Source: an uncultured Acidobacteriota bacterium
GTDB taxonomy: Bacteria; Acidobacteriota; Vicinamibacteria; Vicinamibacterales; CAVVIG01
Direction of reading: 5' to 3'
DNA length: 64,000 nucleotides
Assembly: GCA_963745495.1 (NCBI GenBank)
Contig: CAVUXJ010000005.1
Location: 198,847-262,846, forward strand
Each line of letters starts with the position of its first letter. The first letter of the stretch is position 1. The translations under genes and the position numbers were made by a program. The notes under the pieces were generated by a model. The model saw nothing but the letters and a program-made list of their open reading frames with translations, searched no databases and was not told where the DNA came from. Shown piece after piece: positions 9,537-19,077 of this stretch.

Positions 9537-12062
9537 GTTCGCAGCGTCAACGGCTCCTGCATCGGCCGGCCGTGCTCCAGCGCCATCAGGATCATATCCG
9601 GCGTCACCGGCGCGCGGCGGAAGATGTCGTCGCTGCCAAGCGCCGCTGAAATCGCGTTGACCACGGCACCGAACCCGGCACCCACCGGCGCCTCGCCGAT
9701 GCCGCGGGCCCCGACCGGCGTTTCCGGATCCGGAAGGCCCAGCGCGACTGCGTCCATCTTGAGCGGCGCATCGAGGATCGAGGGCGGCTTGTTGTGGTAG
9801 AAGCGTTTGGCGAGCGGCACGCCGTAGTGCTGGTCGTACGCCCACTTCTGGCCGAGGGCATGTCCCAGCCCGAGCATGATGCCGCCCAGCACCTGCGCCT
9901 TCAGGTTGCGCGGGTGGATCACGGTGCCGCAATCGGCGACCGCGAGCAGATCGAGCACCTGATACTGCCCGGTCTCGACGTCCACTTCGACTTCGGCGAA
10001 CGCCACCGTGTACGCCTTCGTGATGCCGTCGCGCCCGTAATTATCTCTGGCGACCCCCATCAACCCCTGACCCGCGAGATTAGTCGCCGATGTCTTGGTG
10101 AAGGCCGCGATATCCTCCGGGAGCTCGTGACCGTCGTACGTGCCGCCGAGCTCGATCGCCTTCTGCGCCGCCTGCGCCAGCGTCATGCTGCGCCCGCCGC
10201 TCGACACTCGCTCGTTCGCCACACGGTAGGACTCGGGACGTCCGCCGAGCGTCTGGGCCGCGATCTCCTGCAGCTTCTTGACGAGATCGCTGGCGGCGGC
10301 GTGTGCGGCGCGCGTCATCGCGTGCGTCGTCGAGCTGCCGCTCTGGCTGCAGGTGTTCGGCAGGTGCTTCGACGTGTTGCCCCACGTCACGTCGACTTTG
10401 TCCCACGGGATGTCGATCAGTTCAGCGGCGACGCGGTGCACATCGAACGTGGACTCGGTGCCGAGGTTGCCGATGCCCGACTGGACGGTCAATCGCCCGT
10501 CGGGTTTCAGAATCAGCAACCCATCGAAGCCGACGGGTCCGCCGGAATAGGCGCTGACCGCGACGCCGACGCCGCGAACCTTCGAGCCATTGCGTTCGCC
10601 ATTGTGCGCCTTCCGTGCCTCCCACCGGAACAATTCGGCGCCCTTGTCCAACGCCTCTTTCACGAACGCGCTCGTCACATGATTCCGGACGCCGCGTGCG
10701 TTCGGCCCGCCGAACTCCGCCTTGCCGGACGGGGCGTTGATCCGGTGAATCTCGACTTCGTCGATGCCAAGCCTGCGCGCCGCCTTCGCAAGAATCGGCT
10801 CCATCAATGCGCTGGCCTGGTAGCCACCCGGGGAGCGCTGCGCGCCGCGCGGCGGCGTGTTCGTCAGCACGTTCAGTGCGCGCCACCGCATGGCCAGAGG
10901 CTGATGCGACAGGGATCCGTGGTCCCCCAGGGATCGCGAGTCGCCGACCACGTCGTACGGTCCGTTGTCGACCACGAACAACCCGTCGAGCGCCGTAATG
11001 CGGCCGTCCTTCCGGAAGCCGATCTTGACGCGTGAATGAATGGCGGGGCGGGCACGGCCGATGGCGTGCTCGTCGTCACGGCTGATCCGCATCATGACCG
11101 GCGCGTTGGCCTTCTTCGACAGCAGCGCGGCGACGGCGATGAAGACCGACGACGAGCTCTTGCTGCCGAACCCGCCGCCCGTGTATTCGCTGATCACGAC
11201 CACATCCGCCGGCTTGATGCCAACCCATCGCGCCACCGCCGCCACCGTGCGGACCGTGCTCTGCGTCGAATTGATCATGTAGAGCTTGCCGTTCTGCCAG
11301 TACGCCATCGCCGAGCGCGTCTCGAGCGGCTGGTGACTCGTGTTGTTCCCGACAAACGTCTCGTCGAGAATGAGAGCGGCGTCCTTGAACCCTGCCTCCA
11401 CATCGCCGTACGACCACTCGTCGGTGTGCTGGCCGAGGGGCAGCTGTCCGTCGTGCGCCGCGGCAAAATCCTCCGCGGTCCACTTCAGCTCTTTGACCTG
11501 CGGCCGGGCGGGCGCCGCGGCGGGCGTGGCGGTACCGCTCGTAATCGGCTGCCCCGCCGCCGCCTGCGGCGCGGGTGGCGTCGCAGGCGGCCGGATCCAC
11601 ACGTTGCCCTGCACCCGCGCGTTCGGACCGCCGGGGCGCAAGCTGACGAGCGGATCGACCGCGAAGGGCAGCGGCTCGTACTCGACCTGAATCCGCTCGA
11701 TCGCTTCGGTCGCGGTCAGCTCGTCCACCGCCGCCACCGCCAGAATCGGCTCGCCGTGATACAGCGGCTCCATCGTGAGGCCGCGCTCGCTGAGCGTGCT
11801 CGCGATGATGCCCTCGCCCGAGGTTCGCGCCCTCGACCACGGCCGGCAGATCGTCGACCGTCAGGATCGCTTTGACGCCCGGCATCGCGAGCGCCGCGCT
11901 CGTGTCGATGCGTGTCACTCGCGCGTGCGGCATCGGGCTGCACAGCAGCTTCGCGAACAGCATGCCCTCGGCGCGCAAGTCCTCGGCATACTTCGCCTTG
12001 CCCGTGACCTTCGCCACAAGGTCGGGCGTGAGGTAGTCCTGCCCGACCAATTTGTCAGCCAC
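9531..12062 (-). CDS. Molybdopterin-binding large subunit (copy 2), apparent frameshifts near 11815 and 9543
   Basis: ORFs 11076-12062 (N-terminus) and 9488-11773 join into one paralog; GGGFGSK, QRSPG, RGIGEAP; homologous ANI-stop at 9531. Confidence 0.88.
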
Positions 12063-12063
12063 G

Positions 12064-12341
12064 TTACGCCCTCCGCATGTTCTCAGCGCCCTTCATCAGG
12101 GCGGTGAGGATCTTGTCGTAGTCCTGGCACCGCGCTCCTGCTTCATCACGTCGACACGGCGATCCTGCCCGTTGACGTTCAGCGTCAGGAGCCGCTCGAC
12201 GCTGCCCGGCAGCGACGGCTGCTGCCCGAGCAGCGCGCTCCCGCGGAACACATAGGCCGCCGACGAGACCGCGGCGCCCGCCGCAATCACTCCCTTGATG
12301 AAGTTGCGTCGTGACACGTTCGGCTGCGTCGCTTCGATCAT
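12064..12341 (-). pseudogene. (2Fe-2S) small subunit copy 2 with ~340-bp internal deletion
   Basis: Tat signal and C-terminal QDYDKILTALMKGAENMRRA DNA are present, but 350 bp of copy 1 (7261-7610) correspond to only 10 bp (12131-12140); may be an assembly artefact. Confidence 0.7.
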
Positions 12342-12422
12342 CTGAACGTCTCCCTGTCGCTGGAATCGGCCGGGCTCGGCGACTGCGTCGGCGGGCGTTT
12401 GTCGATGTCTGTGATCGCGACC

Positions 12423-12451
12423 ACGATAAGCTGAATCAGGCCAATGTTCAA
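12423..12451 (-). promoter_or_regulatory. Putative sigma70 promoter of unit 2
   Basis: TTGAAC-17 bp-TATCGT. Confidence 0.5.
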
Positions 12452-12467
12452 GCTCAAGGAGCGCTGA

Positions 12468-12902
12468 TCACCGACCCGTTTGATGGGGCTTGTCTTGGAC
12501 TTTTGACGCGGTGACGGCAAGGCCCTCCTCGACCGTCACGGACCACTCGAGGTTGGCCGAGTCCACGACCAGGTAGAACACCCGGGGATCTTCGTTGATG
12601 TAGGAAATGTCGTGACCCACGCCCCGTGATTCGCCGGCAAGTGCGAGGGGCCGCCCGCTGATCGCGCTGTGAACGGTCACCTGAAACCTTCCGCGTCCGC
12701 GCGCGGTCTCGTTGCGCGTTTCCCACCTCACGCGCAGGGAACCGGTCTCGCCGATGAAGGATTCTGTCTGTTGCGATCCCCGGCCCGTCCATGAGCCCAG
12801 CTGCTGCCAGATGAAGGCGTCCTCGGTGGCGGGCTTCGACTCGACGCCACAGCCGGCAGCAAACAGAACGCCTGCCGCGACGAGCAGAGTATGTAGGTTC
12901 AA
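12468..12902 (-). CDS. Hypothetical lipoprotein, paralog 2
   Basis: LLVAAGVLFAAGC lipobox; homologous to 7905-8345; start codon uncertain. Confidence 0.72.
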   Translation of the reverse strand: MNLHTLLVAAGVLFAAGCGVESKPATEDAFIWQQLGSWTGRGSQQTESFIGETGSLRVRWETRNETARGRGRFQVTVHSAISGRPLALAGESRGVGHDISYINEDPRVFYLVVDSANLEWSVTVEEGLAVTASKVQDKPHQTGR

Positions 12903-12929
12903 CTGTGAGGTCTCACGTCTGAAGTCTGA

Positions 12930-12973
12930 GAGCCTGTGAAGAAATCGCCAAACAGCGATTTCTTCACAGGCTC
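12930..12973. mobile_element. 44-bp MITE-like element with 19-bp perfect terminal inverted repeats
   Basis: GAGCCTGTGAAGAAATCGC-caaaca-GCGATTTCTTCACAGGCTC flanked by TGA on both sides; an 18/19 match to the arm occurs at 44125-44143. Confidence 0.55.
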
Positions 12974-13033
12974 TGAGGCGTGCCTGAGCACGTCGGACGT
13001 CAACGTCCAAGAGACGATCCGAGCCGCGACCAA

Positions 13034-14051
13034 TCAGGTGGTCGCCGTCGGCCCGGTCCCGCGGATGGCGCGTTTGACGAGGTTGCGCATCAGAGGAATC
13101 TTGTAGCCGTTGTAGCGGAGCGGCACGGCGCCCTCGACGGCCAGCCGGCCGGCCAGGTCCGCCGTCGCTTCGTTGCGCGGCTGCCCGGCCACCGCCGTCT
13201 CGACCGCCCGCAGCCGCAGCGGCGTCGCCGCGACGGCGCCCACCGCCAGGCGCAGGTGCCTGGATCGTGCCGCCCGAGGCTTTCATCGCCGAGGCGACGT
13301 TGACGAGCGGAAAGTCCCAGACCTGCCGGTCGCGCACCTTCTCGAAGTAGAACTGGGCCCCGGCCCAGGTCGCCGGAAGCCGGATCGCCGTCAGCAGTTC
13401 GCCCGGCCGCAGCACCGTCATCCGCATGATGTCGATCCCCGGGCCCACAAAGTAGGCTTCCGCGTCCACCACCCGTTCCCCGCCGCCCGCGCGGCGCAGC
13501 ACCATCTGCGCGTCGAGCGCGATCAGCGCCGGCGCCGTGTCCGACGGGCTCACCGCCACGCAGCGGTCGGCATTGAGGATCGCGTGCTCGCGGTTGATCG
13601 CCGTCGGCGTATCCGCATAGCAGATGTTGCCGCCCGCCCGATAGCACGTCCAGCCGCTGCGGTAATACCAGCAGCGCGTGTCCTGCGAGACGTTGCCGCC
13701 GAGCGTCCCCTGGTTGCGGATCTGCGGCGAGGCCACCAGGTCGGCCGCTTCCCGCAGCAGCCCGAACTGCTCGCGCACCACCGGGTGCCGCCCGACCTCG
13801 GTCAGCGTGGTCAGCGCCCCGATCTCGAGGCCGCCGTTGACCTCCTTGATCCCGCGCAGCTCCGCCACCTGGCTCAGGTCGATGACGAGGCTGGTCCGCT
13901 TCGCCCGGTCCTTGAGCCAGTCGAACGTATCGAGGCCGCCCGCCATGATCCAGGCCTCGGCCCCGTAGCGATCCAGCAGGCTCAGGGTATCGGCCACCGT
14001 CGCCGGCTGAAACAGCTCGAAGACCGGCATCACGTCGCGAATGACTGCCAT
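13034..14051 (-). CDS. FAD-binding medium subunit (copy 3), apparent 1-bp frameshift near 13257
   Basis: Near-identical to copy 1; extra T in cgcaggtgcc. Confidence 0.88.
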
Positions 14052-14067
14052 ATCAGTTGCTCCTGAA

Positions 14068-14200
14068 ATCTGGAGATCGGGTCATCGGGTGATCTGGTCA
14101 CGGCTGGAGTCAGGTGACTGACCCATCCCCCAAATCACTAACTCGCTAAATCACTGAATCGCCCAATCACCAAGTCGCCAAATCACCCGATCACTAAATG
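14068..14200. repeat. Palindromic array of 8-bp units, duplicate of 4557-4690
   Basis: Same spacer sequence as unit 1 with few differences. Confidence 0.75.
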
Positions 14201-16698
14201 TTTGCCGTCAACGCCTCGTGCATCGGACGCCCGGCCTCGAGCGCCATCAGGATCATGTCCGCTGTCACCGGTATGCGCCGGAACACGTCGTCACCCACCG
14301 CTGCCGCAATTGCATTCAGCACAGCCGTGCAGCCGGCGCCGACCGGCGGCTCGCCGATCCCCCGCGCGCCGACCGGGGTCTCCGGATCCGGCAGGTTCAC
14401 GGCCGCAAACTGGAAATTGGCCGGCGCATCGAGAATTGACGGCGGCTTGTTGTAGTGGAAGCGCTTGGCGAGCGGCACGCCGTAGTGCTGGTCGTACACC
14501 CACTTCTGACCGATCGCATGGCCAATGCCCAGCATCAACCCGCCGAAGGTCTGGCCCTGCAGGCTGCGGGGATTGATGACGGTGCCGACGTCGGCGACAG
14601 CCGTGAAATCGAGAATGGCGACGTGGCCCGTCTCGACGTCCACTTCGACCTCGGCGAAGCCGACGACGTACGAACGCGACTGGCCGTCTCGCGGATACGT
14701 GTCGCGTGCGGCCACCACCAGACCTTGCCCGGCCAGCGCCTTGATCGACGTCTTCGTGTAGTTGTTGACGTTCTCGGGCGGCTCATGACCGTCGAACTTC
14801 CCGCCGAGCTCGATCGCCTTCTGCGCCGCCTGTGCCAGCGTCATGCTGCGCCCGCCGCCGAACACGCGGCCATCGGCCACCTGATAGCTCGCCGGCGCGC
14901 CGCCGAGCGTCTGGGCGGCGATCTCCTGCAGCATCTTCTTGGCCTGGGTGCCGACAGCGTGCGATGCACGTGTCATGGCATGCAGCGTCTGGCTGCCGCC
15001 AGACGCGCAGGTCCAGGGCAGGTTTTTCGACGTGTTGCCCCAGACGACCTCGCATTGCTCCCACGACACGCCGAGAATCTCGGCCGCCACGCGGTGCACG
15101 TCGATCACGGCGTGCGTGCCGAGGTTGCCGATACCGGATTGCAGCTGCACCTTCCCGTCGGGTCTGATGACCAACAGGCCGTCGAAGCCAATCGAACCGG
15201 CCGCATACGTGCTGATGCCGACGCCAGAGCCACGCACCTTCGACCCGATCCGCTGTCCGCTCCGCGCCTTTTTTTCTTCCCAGTTGAACAGCTCGGCGCC
15301 CTTGTCGAGCGCTTCCTTGACGAAGGCGCTCGTCACGTAGAGCTGCTGGCCGCGCGCCGCGGGCGCTCCGAATTTCGCCTTCCCTGCCGGAGCGTTGATC
15401 TTCCGGATGGCCACCTGATCGACCCCCAGCTTGCGCGCCGCCTGGGAGATGATGGGCTCCATGATCGCGACGCCCTGCATCCCGCCGGGCGCGCGTTGCG
15501 GGCCTCGCGGTGGCGTGTTGGTCAGCACGTTCAGCATGCGGGCGCGCATCGCCTTCGGCTGGTACGCCAGAGAGATCACGTCCGCCGCCGACCGCGCATC
15601 GCCCACGGCGTCGTAGGGGCCGTTTTCCACGAGGGCGAACAGATCGAGGGCCGTGATACGGCCTTCCTTGTCGAAGCCGACCTTGGCTCGCGCGTGAAGC
15701 GCGGGGCGGGCGCGGCCGATGTAGTGATCTTCTTCGCGCGTGATGCGCATCATCACCGGAGCGTTGGCCTTCTTCGACAGCAGCGCCGGGATGGCCATGG
15801 CGATGTTGCCCGGGATCCGGCTGCCGAAGCCGCCGCCCGTGTACTCGCTGATCAGCACGACGTTCTCGGCGGGAATGCCGACCCAGCGCGCGATCGAGGC
15901 AACGGTCTGGACCGTACTCTGCGTGCCACCGTGCAGATACAGTTTGCCGTTCTGCCAGTACGCCATCGCAGAGCGTGGCTCCAGGGCCTGGTGGCTCGTG
16001 TTCTGGCCCACAAAGGTCTGGTCGATCACGAGGGCTGCGTCTTTGAACCCGGCCTCGATGTCGCCGTATGTCCACTCGTCACCGGTGTGCTTGCCCAGGG
16101 GGAGCTGCCCCTCACCGGCTGCGGCGAAGTCCTCGGCCGTCCATTTCAGCTCTTTGATTTCGGGACGCGCGGGTGCTGCGGCAGGCTGGCCCGGCGCTGC
16201 CGGCGGCGGTGCGGCCGTCACCGGAGGGCGGACCCAGACGTTGCCCTGCGTCCGCGCGTTCGGCCCGCCCGGGCGCAGGCTGGCGATCGGATCGACGACG
16301 AAGGGCAGCGGCTCGTACTCGATCTGAATCCGCTCGATCGCCTCGGTCGCGGTGAGCTCGTCCACCGCCGCCACCGCGAGGATCGGCTCACCGTGATACA
16401 GCGGCTCCATCGTCAGGCCGCGCTCGGTCTGGATCGAGGCCGTGATGTTCTCGCCGAGGCTCGCCCCGGCGGCAGCACCAGGCAGGTCCTCAACCGTGAG
16501 AATGGCTTTCACCCCGGGCATCGCGAGCGCCGCGCTCGTGTCGATGCTCACCACGCGCGCATGCGGCATCGGGCTGAGCAGCAGCTTCGCGAACAGCATC
16601 CCGTCGGCGCGGAAGTCTTCGGCGTACTTCGCCATGCCCGTGACTTTCGCGACGAGGTCCGGGGTGGTGTAGTTCTGTCCGATTAGTTTGTCAGCCAC
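14194..16698 (-). CDS. Molybdopterin-binding large subunit (copy 3)
   Basis: GGGFGSRIPG, QRAPG, RGIGEPP, 834 aa. Confidence 0.92.
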   Translation of the reverse strand: MADKLIGQNYTTPDLVAKVTGMAKYAEDFRADGMLFAKLLLSPMPHARVVSIDTSAALAMPGVKAILTVEDLPGAAAGASLGENITASIQTERGLTMEPLYHGEPILAVAAVDELTATEAIERIQIEYEPLPFVVDPIASLRPGGPNARTQGNVWVRPPVTAAPPPAAPGQPAAAPARPEIKELKWTAEDFAAAGEGQLPLGKHTGDEWTYGDIEAGFKDAALVIDQTFVGQNTSHQALEPRSAMAYWQNGKLYLHGGTQSTVQTVASIARWVGIPAENVVLISEYTGGGFGSRIPGNIAMAIPALLSKKANAPVMMRITREEDHYIGRARPALHARAKVGFDKEGRITALDLFALVENGPYDAVGDARSAADVISLAYQPKAMRARMLNVLTNTPPRGPQRAPGGMQGVAIMEPIISQAARKLGVDQVAIRKINAPAGKAKFGAPAARGQQLYVTSAFVKEALDKGAELFNWEEKKARSGQRIGSKVRGSGVGISTYAAGSIGFDGLLVIRPDGKVQLQSGIGNLGTHAVIDVHRVAAEILGVSWEQCEVVWGNTSKNLPWTCASGGSQTLHAMTRASHAVGTQAKKMLQEIAAQTLGGAPASYQVADGRVFGGGRSMTLAQAAQKAIELGGKFDGHEPPENVNNYTKTSIKALAGQGLVVAARDTYPRDGQSRSYVVGFAEVEVDVETGHVAILDFTAVADVGTVINPRSLQGQTFGGLMLGIGHAIGQKWVYDQHYGVPLAKRFHYNKPPSILDAPANFQFAAVNLPDPETPVGARGIGEPPVGAGCTAVLNAIAAAVGDDVFRRIPVTADMILMALEAGRPMHEALTANI

Positions 16699-16699
16699 G

Positions 16700-17317
16700 T
16701 TACGCCCTCCGCATGTTCTCAGCGCCCTTCATCAGGGCGGTGAGGATCTTGTCGTAGTCCTGGCACCGGCACAGATTGCCGGACACCCCATGCGCCAGCT
16801 CGGCCCGGGTCGGGTTCGGATTCGTCTTGAGGAAGCCGGCCGCCGCCATCACGAAGCCCGGCATGCAGAAGGCGCACTGGAACCCCTGCTCGCTCACCAC
16901 GCCCTGCTGGATCGGATGCAGCGTCCCGTCGGCGCTGGCCAGCCCTTCGATCGTCACGATCTTCGCGCCGCGCACCGAATGCGTCAGCACCGAGCACGAA
17001 TACCGGGGCACATCGTCCACCAGGACGGTGCAGGCGCCGCATTCCGAGCGGTCGCAGCCCAGCTTGGTGCCGGTCAGCCCGAGCTTGTAGCGCAACGTCA
17101 TGGCCAGCGTTTCCTGCTTCATCACGTCGACGCGGCGATCCTGCCCGTTGACGTTCAGCGTCAGGAGCCGCTCGACGCTGCCCGGCAGCGACGGCTGCTG
17201 CCCGAGCAGCGCGCTCCCGCGGAACACATAGGCCGCCGACGAGACCGCGGCGCCCGCCGCAATCACTCCCTTGATGAAGTTCCGTCTGGAGACGTCTCGT
17301 TGAGTGTCTTCGGTCAT
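16700..17317 (-). CDS. Tat-exported (2Fe-2S) small subunit (copy 3)
   Basis: Protein identical to copy 1 from MTEDTQRDVSRRNFIK onward. Confidence 0.92.
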   Translation of the reverse strand: MTEDTQRDVSRRNFIKGVIAAGAAVSSAAYVFRGSALLGQQPSLPGSVERLLTLNVNGQDRRVDVMKQETLAMTLRYKLGLTGTKLGCDRSECGACTVLVDDVPRYSCSVLTHSVRGAKIVTIEGLASADGTLHPIQQGVVSEQGFQCAFCMPGFVMAAAGFLKTNPNPTRAELAHGVSGNLCRCQDYDKILTALMKGAENMRRA

Positions 17318-17381
17318 TCGTGAAATCTCCCGTGGCTGAAGCAGCGAGGCTCCCGACGGATCGGGAAAAGAAACCGAGCTC

Positions 17382-17409
17382 ACAATACGCGGAAATCGCC
17401 GGAAATCAA
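17382..17409 (-). promoter_or_regulatory. Putative sigma70 promoter of unit 3
   Basis: TTGATT-16 bp-TATTGT; an additional extended -10 TGcTATAGT at 17475-17483. Confidence 0.5.
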
Positions 17410-17556
17410 AGACTCAAGATCGAATCGAACGCGGCACACCACCCGAGTCGCGACGGCGTGCGGAGCAGCTCTAAACTATAGCACGCGCATGTTTTACGTG
17501 GAAGATCTAACCGCTGGCCTCCGGTTGTCAGAAGTCCGGTCCGCTATAGTCAATCG

Positions 17557-18933
17557 ATGCCTTCACTGACGTTTCTCGGTGCAGCCGGCACGGTCACTGG
17601 CTCCAAGCACCTGCTTGACATCGGCACCCATCGGATCCTCATCGACTGCGGCCTGTTCCAGGGACTCAAGGAACTGCGCGACCGCAACTGGCAGCCGCTC
17701 CCGATTGCGCCGACGGCCATCGACGCGCTGATCCTGACGCACGCACACCTCGATCACTGCGGGTATCTTCCGCGACTGGTCGCTGGAGGCTTCCGAGGAC
17801 GCGTGTTCTGCACTCCAGGCACGAAGGACTTGTGCTCTCTCGTGCTCCCCGATTCGGCGAAGATTCAGGAAGAGGACGCGCGCGAAGCGAATCAACAGGG
17901 TTTCACCCGACACCATCCGGCACTCCCCCTGTATACGGCGGCGGACGCCGCCCGTGCGCTCACGTTGCTGCAGCCGGTCGGGTACAACCGGCTGATTCCG
18001 GTGGCGCCGGAGATCGAAGTGGAATTTCTCCCAGCCGGCCATTTGCTCGGCTCCGCCTATGCCCGGGTGCGGCTTGCGGACGGCAAGACGATCCTGTTCG
18101 GCGGCGATCTGGGACGTTACGGCCGTCCTATCCTGCCGGATCCAGCGAACGTGGAGTCGGCTGACGTGCTGCTCGTCGAATCGACCTACGGAGATCGGCT
18201 CCACCCGGAAGACGACGACGGGGCGCAACTGGCGGCGATCGTCAACGACACGGTCTCGCGCGGAGGCAAGCTCATCGTGCCGGCGTTCGCCATCGGCCGC
18301 GTCGAGGAAGTCATTTTTTGGCTCAAGCGGCTGGAAGAGGCAAACCGTGTCCCGGTCCTGCCCGTGTATGTCGACAGTCCGATGGCCGCCCGGGCGCTGC
18401 GCTTCTACAGCGAACGTCTCGACGAGCTCGACACCGATTTGAAGCCTGCGGCGCGCGGGTTGAGCGTCTTCGCGACGCAGCGGATGACCACGGTCGCCTC
18501 GGTTCAGCAGTCGATCGAGCTCGTTCAGTCACACAGGCCCGCGATTGTCATCGCCTCGAGCGGGATGGCGACAGGCGGCCGGGTGCTGCACCACCTCGCC
18601 GCGACCCTGCCCAGCTCGAAGAACACGGTGTTATTTGTCGGGTTCCAGGCGGCAGGCACGCGTGGCCGGCAGCTCGTCGACGGCGCGAAGCAGGTACGCA
18701 TCAAGGGACGCGACATCCTGGTCGCCGCGAAAATTGCAAAGATCGATTCGATGTCGGCGCATGCCGACGCCGGCGAGATTCTGCGGTGGTTGTCCGGCTT
18801 CTCGAAGCCGCCTTCGATGACCTATCTCGTGCACGGCGAGAAGGTCGCGCTCGACGCGCTGTCTGCACGGATTCAGCAGGAGCGCCAGTGGCCCACGCAC
18901 GTGGCGGCGTATCTGGAGCGGGTAGAGCTATAG
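17557..18933 (+). CDS. MBL-fold beta-CASP ribonuclease
   Basis: GAAGTVTGSKH, THAHLDH, AGHLLGS, ESTYGDR, SAHAD, VHGE. Confidence 0.9.
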   Translation: MPSLTFLGAAGTVTGSKHLLDIGTHRILIDCGLFQGLKELRDRNWQPLPIAPTAIDALILTHAHLDHCGYLPRLVAGGFRGRVFCTPGTKDLCSLVLPDSAKIQEEDAREANQQGFTRHHPALPLYTAADAARALTLLQPVGYNRLIPVAPEIEVEFLPAGHLLGSAYARVRLADGKTILFGGDLGRYGRPILPDPANVESADVLLVESTYGDRLHPEDDDGAQLAAIVNDTVSRGGKLIVPAFAIGRVEEVIFWLKRLEEANRVPVLPVYVDSPMAARALRFYSERLDELDTDLKPAARGLSVFATQRMTTVASVQQSIELVQSHRPAIVIASSGMATGGRVLHHLAATLPSSKNTVLFVGFQAAGTRGRQLVDGAKQVRIKGRDILVAAKIAKIDSMSAHADAGEILRWLSGFSKPPSMTYLVHGEKVALDALSARIQQERQWPTHVAAYLERVEL

Positions 18934-18941
18934 ACTACTTC

Positions 18942-19063
18942 TCAGACAGCTTACAGTTATCAGTTGACAGCTTTCAGCAGATCGGGAAGTGAGACGCTCA
19001 TCCTGGCTGCGCGTGAACTGTCGCTGATGTGACTGACTGATAGCTGTGAGCTGTCAAGCTAAC
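18942..19063. repeat. Palindromic array of 7-bp units (WCAGCTn type)
   Basis: acagctt/acagtta/tcagttg/acagctt/tcagcag ... ctgatag/ctgtgag/ctgtcaag/ctaac. Confidence 0.7.
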
Positions 19064-19077
19064 GAGGATCGTTCAAG

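Noticed and set aside
12468-14051. 527-aa ORF suggesting an FAD subunit-lipoprotein fusion
   Set aside because: Created by one extra base near 13257; the normal C-terminus and stop are present at 13034-13243
4948-16686. Long antisense ORFs (743 aa twice, and others such as 40618-42717 and 44380-46239)
   Set aside because: Shadow frames of GC-rich genes with no recognisable motifs
4684-16698. Aerobic CO dehydrogenase or true xanthine dehydrogenase assignment
   Set aside because: No AYxCSFR or FRGFG motif; Tat export and the Cys-insert FAD subunit fit the Pao-like group
3524-17317. Diversity-generating retroelement or invertase-driven shufflon behind L variation
   Set aside because: No reverse transcriptase or recombinase in the window, and the differences are not adenine-specific
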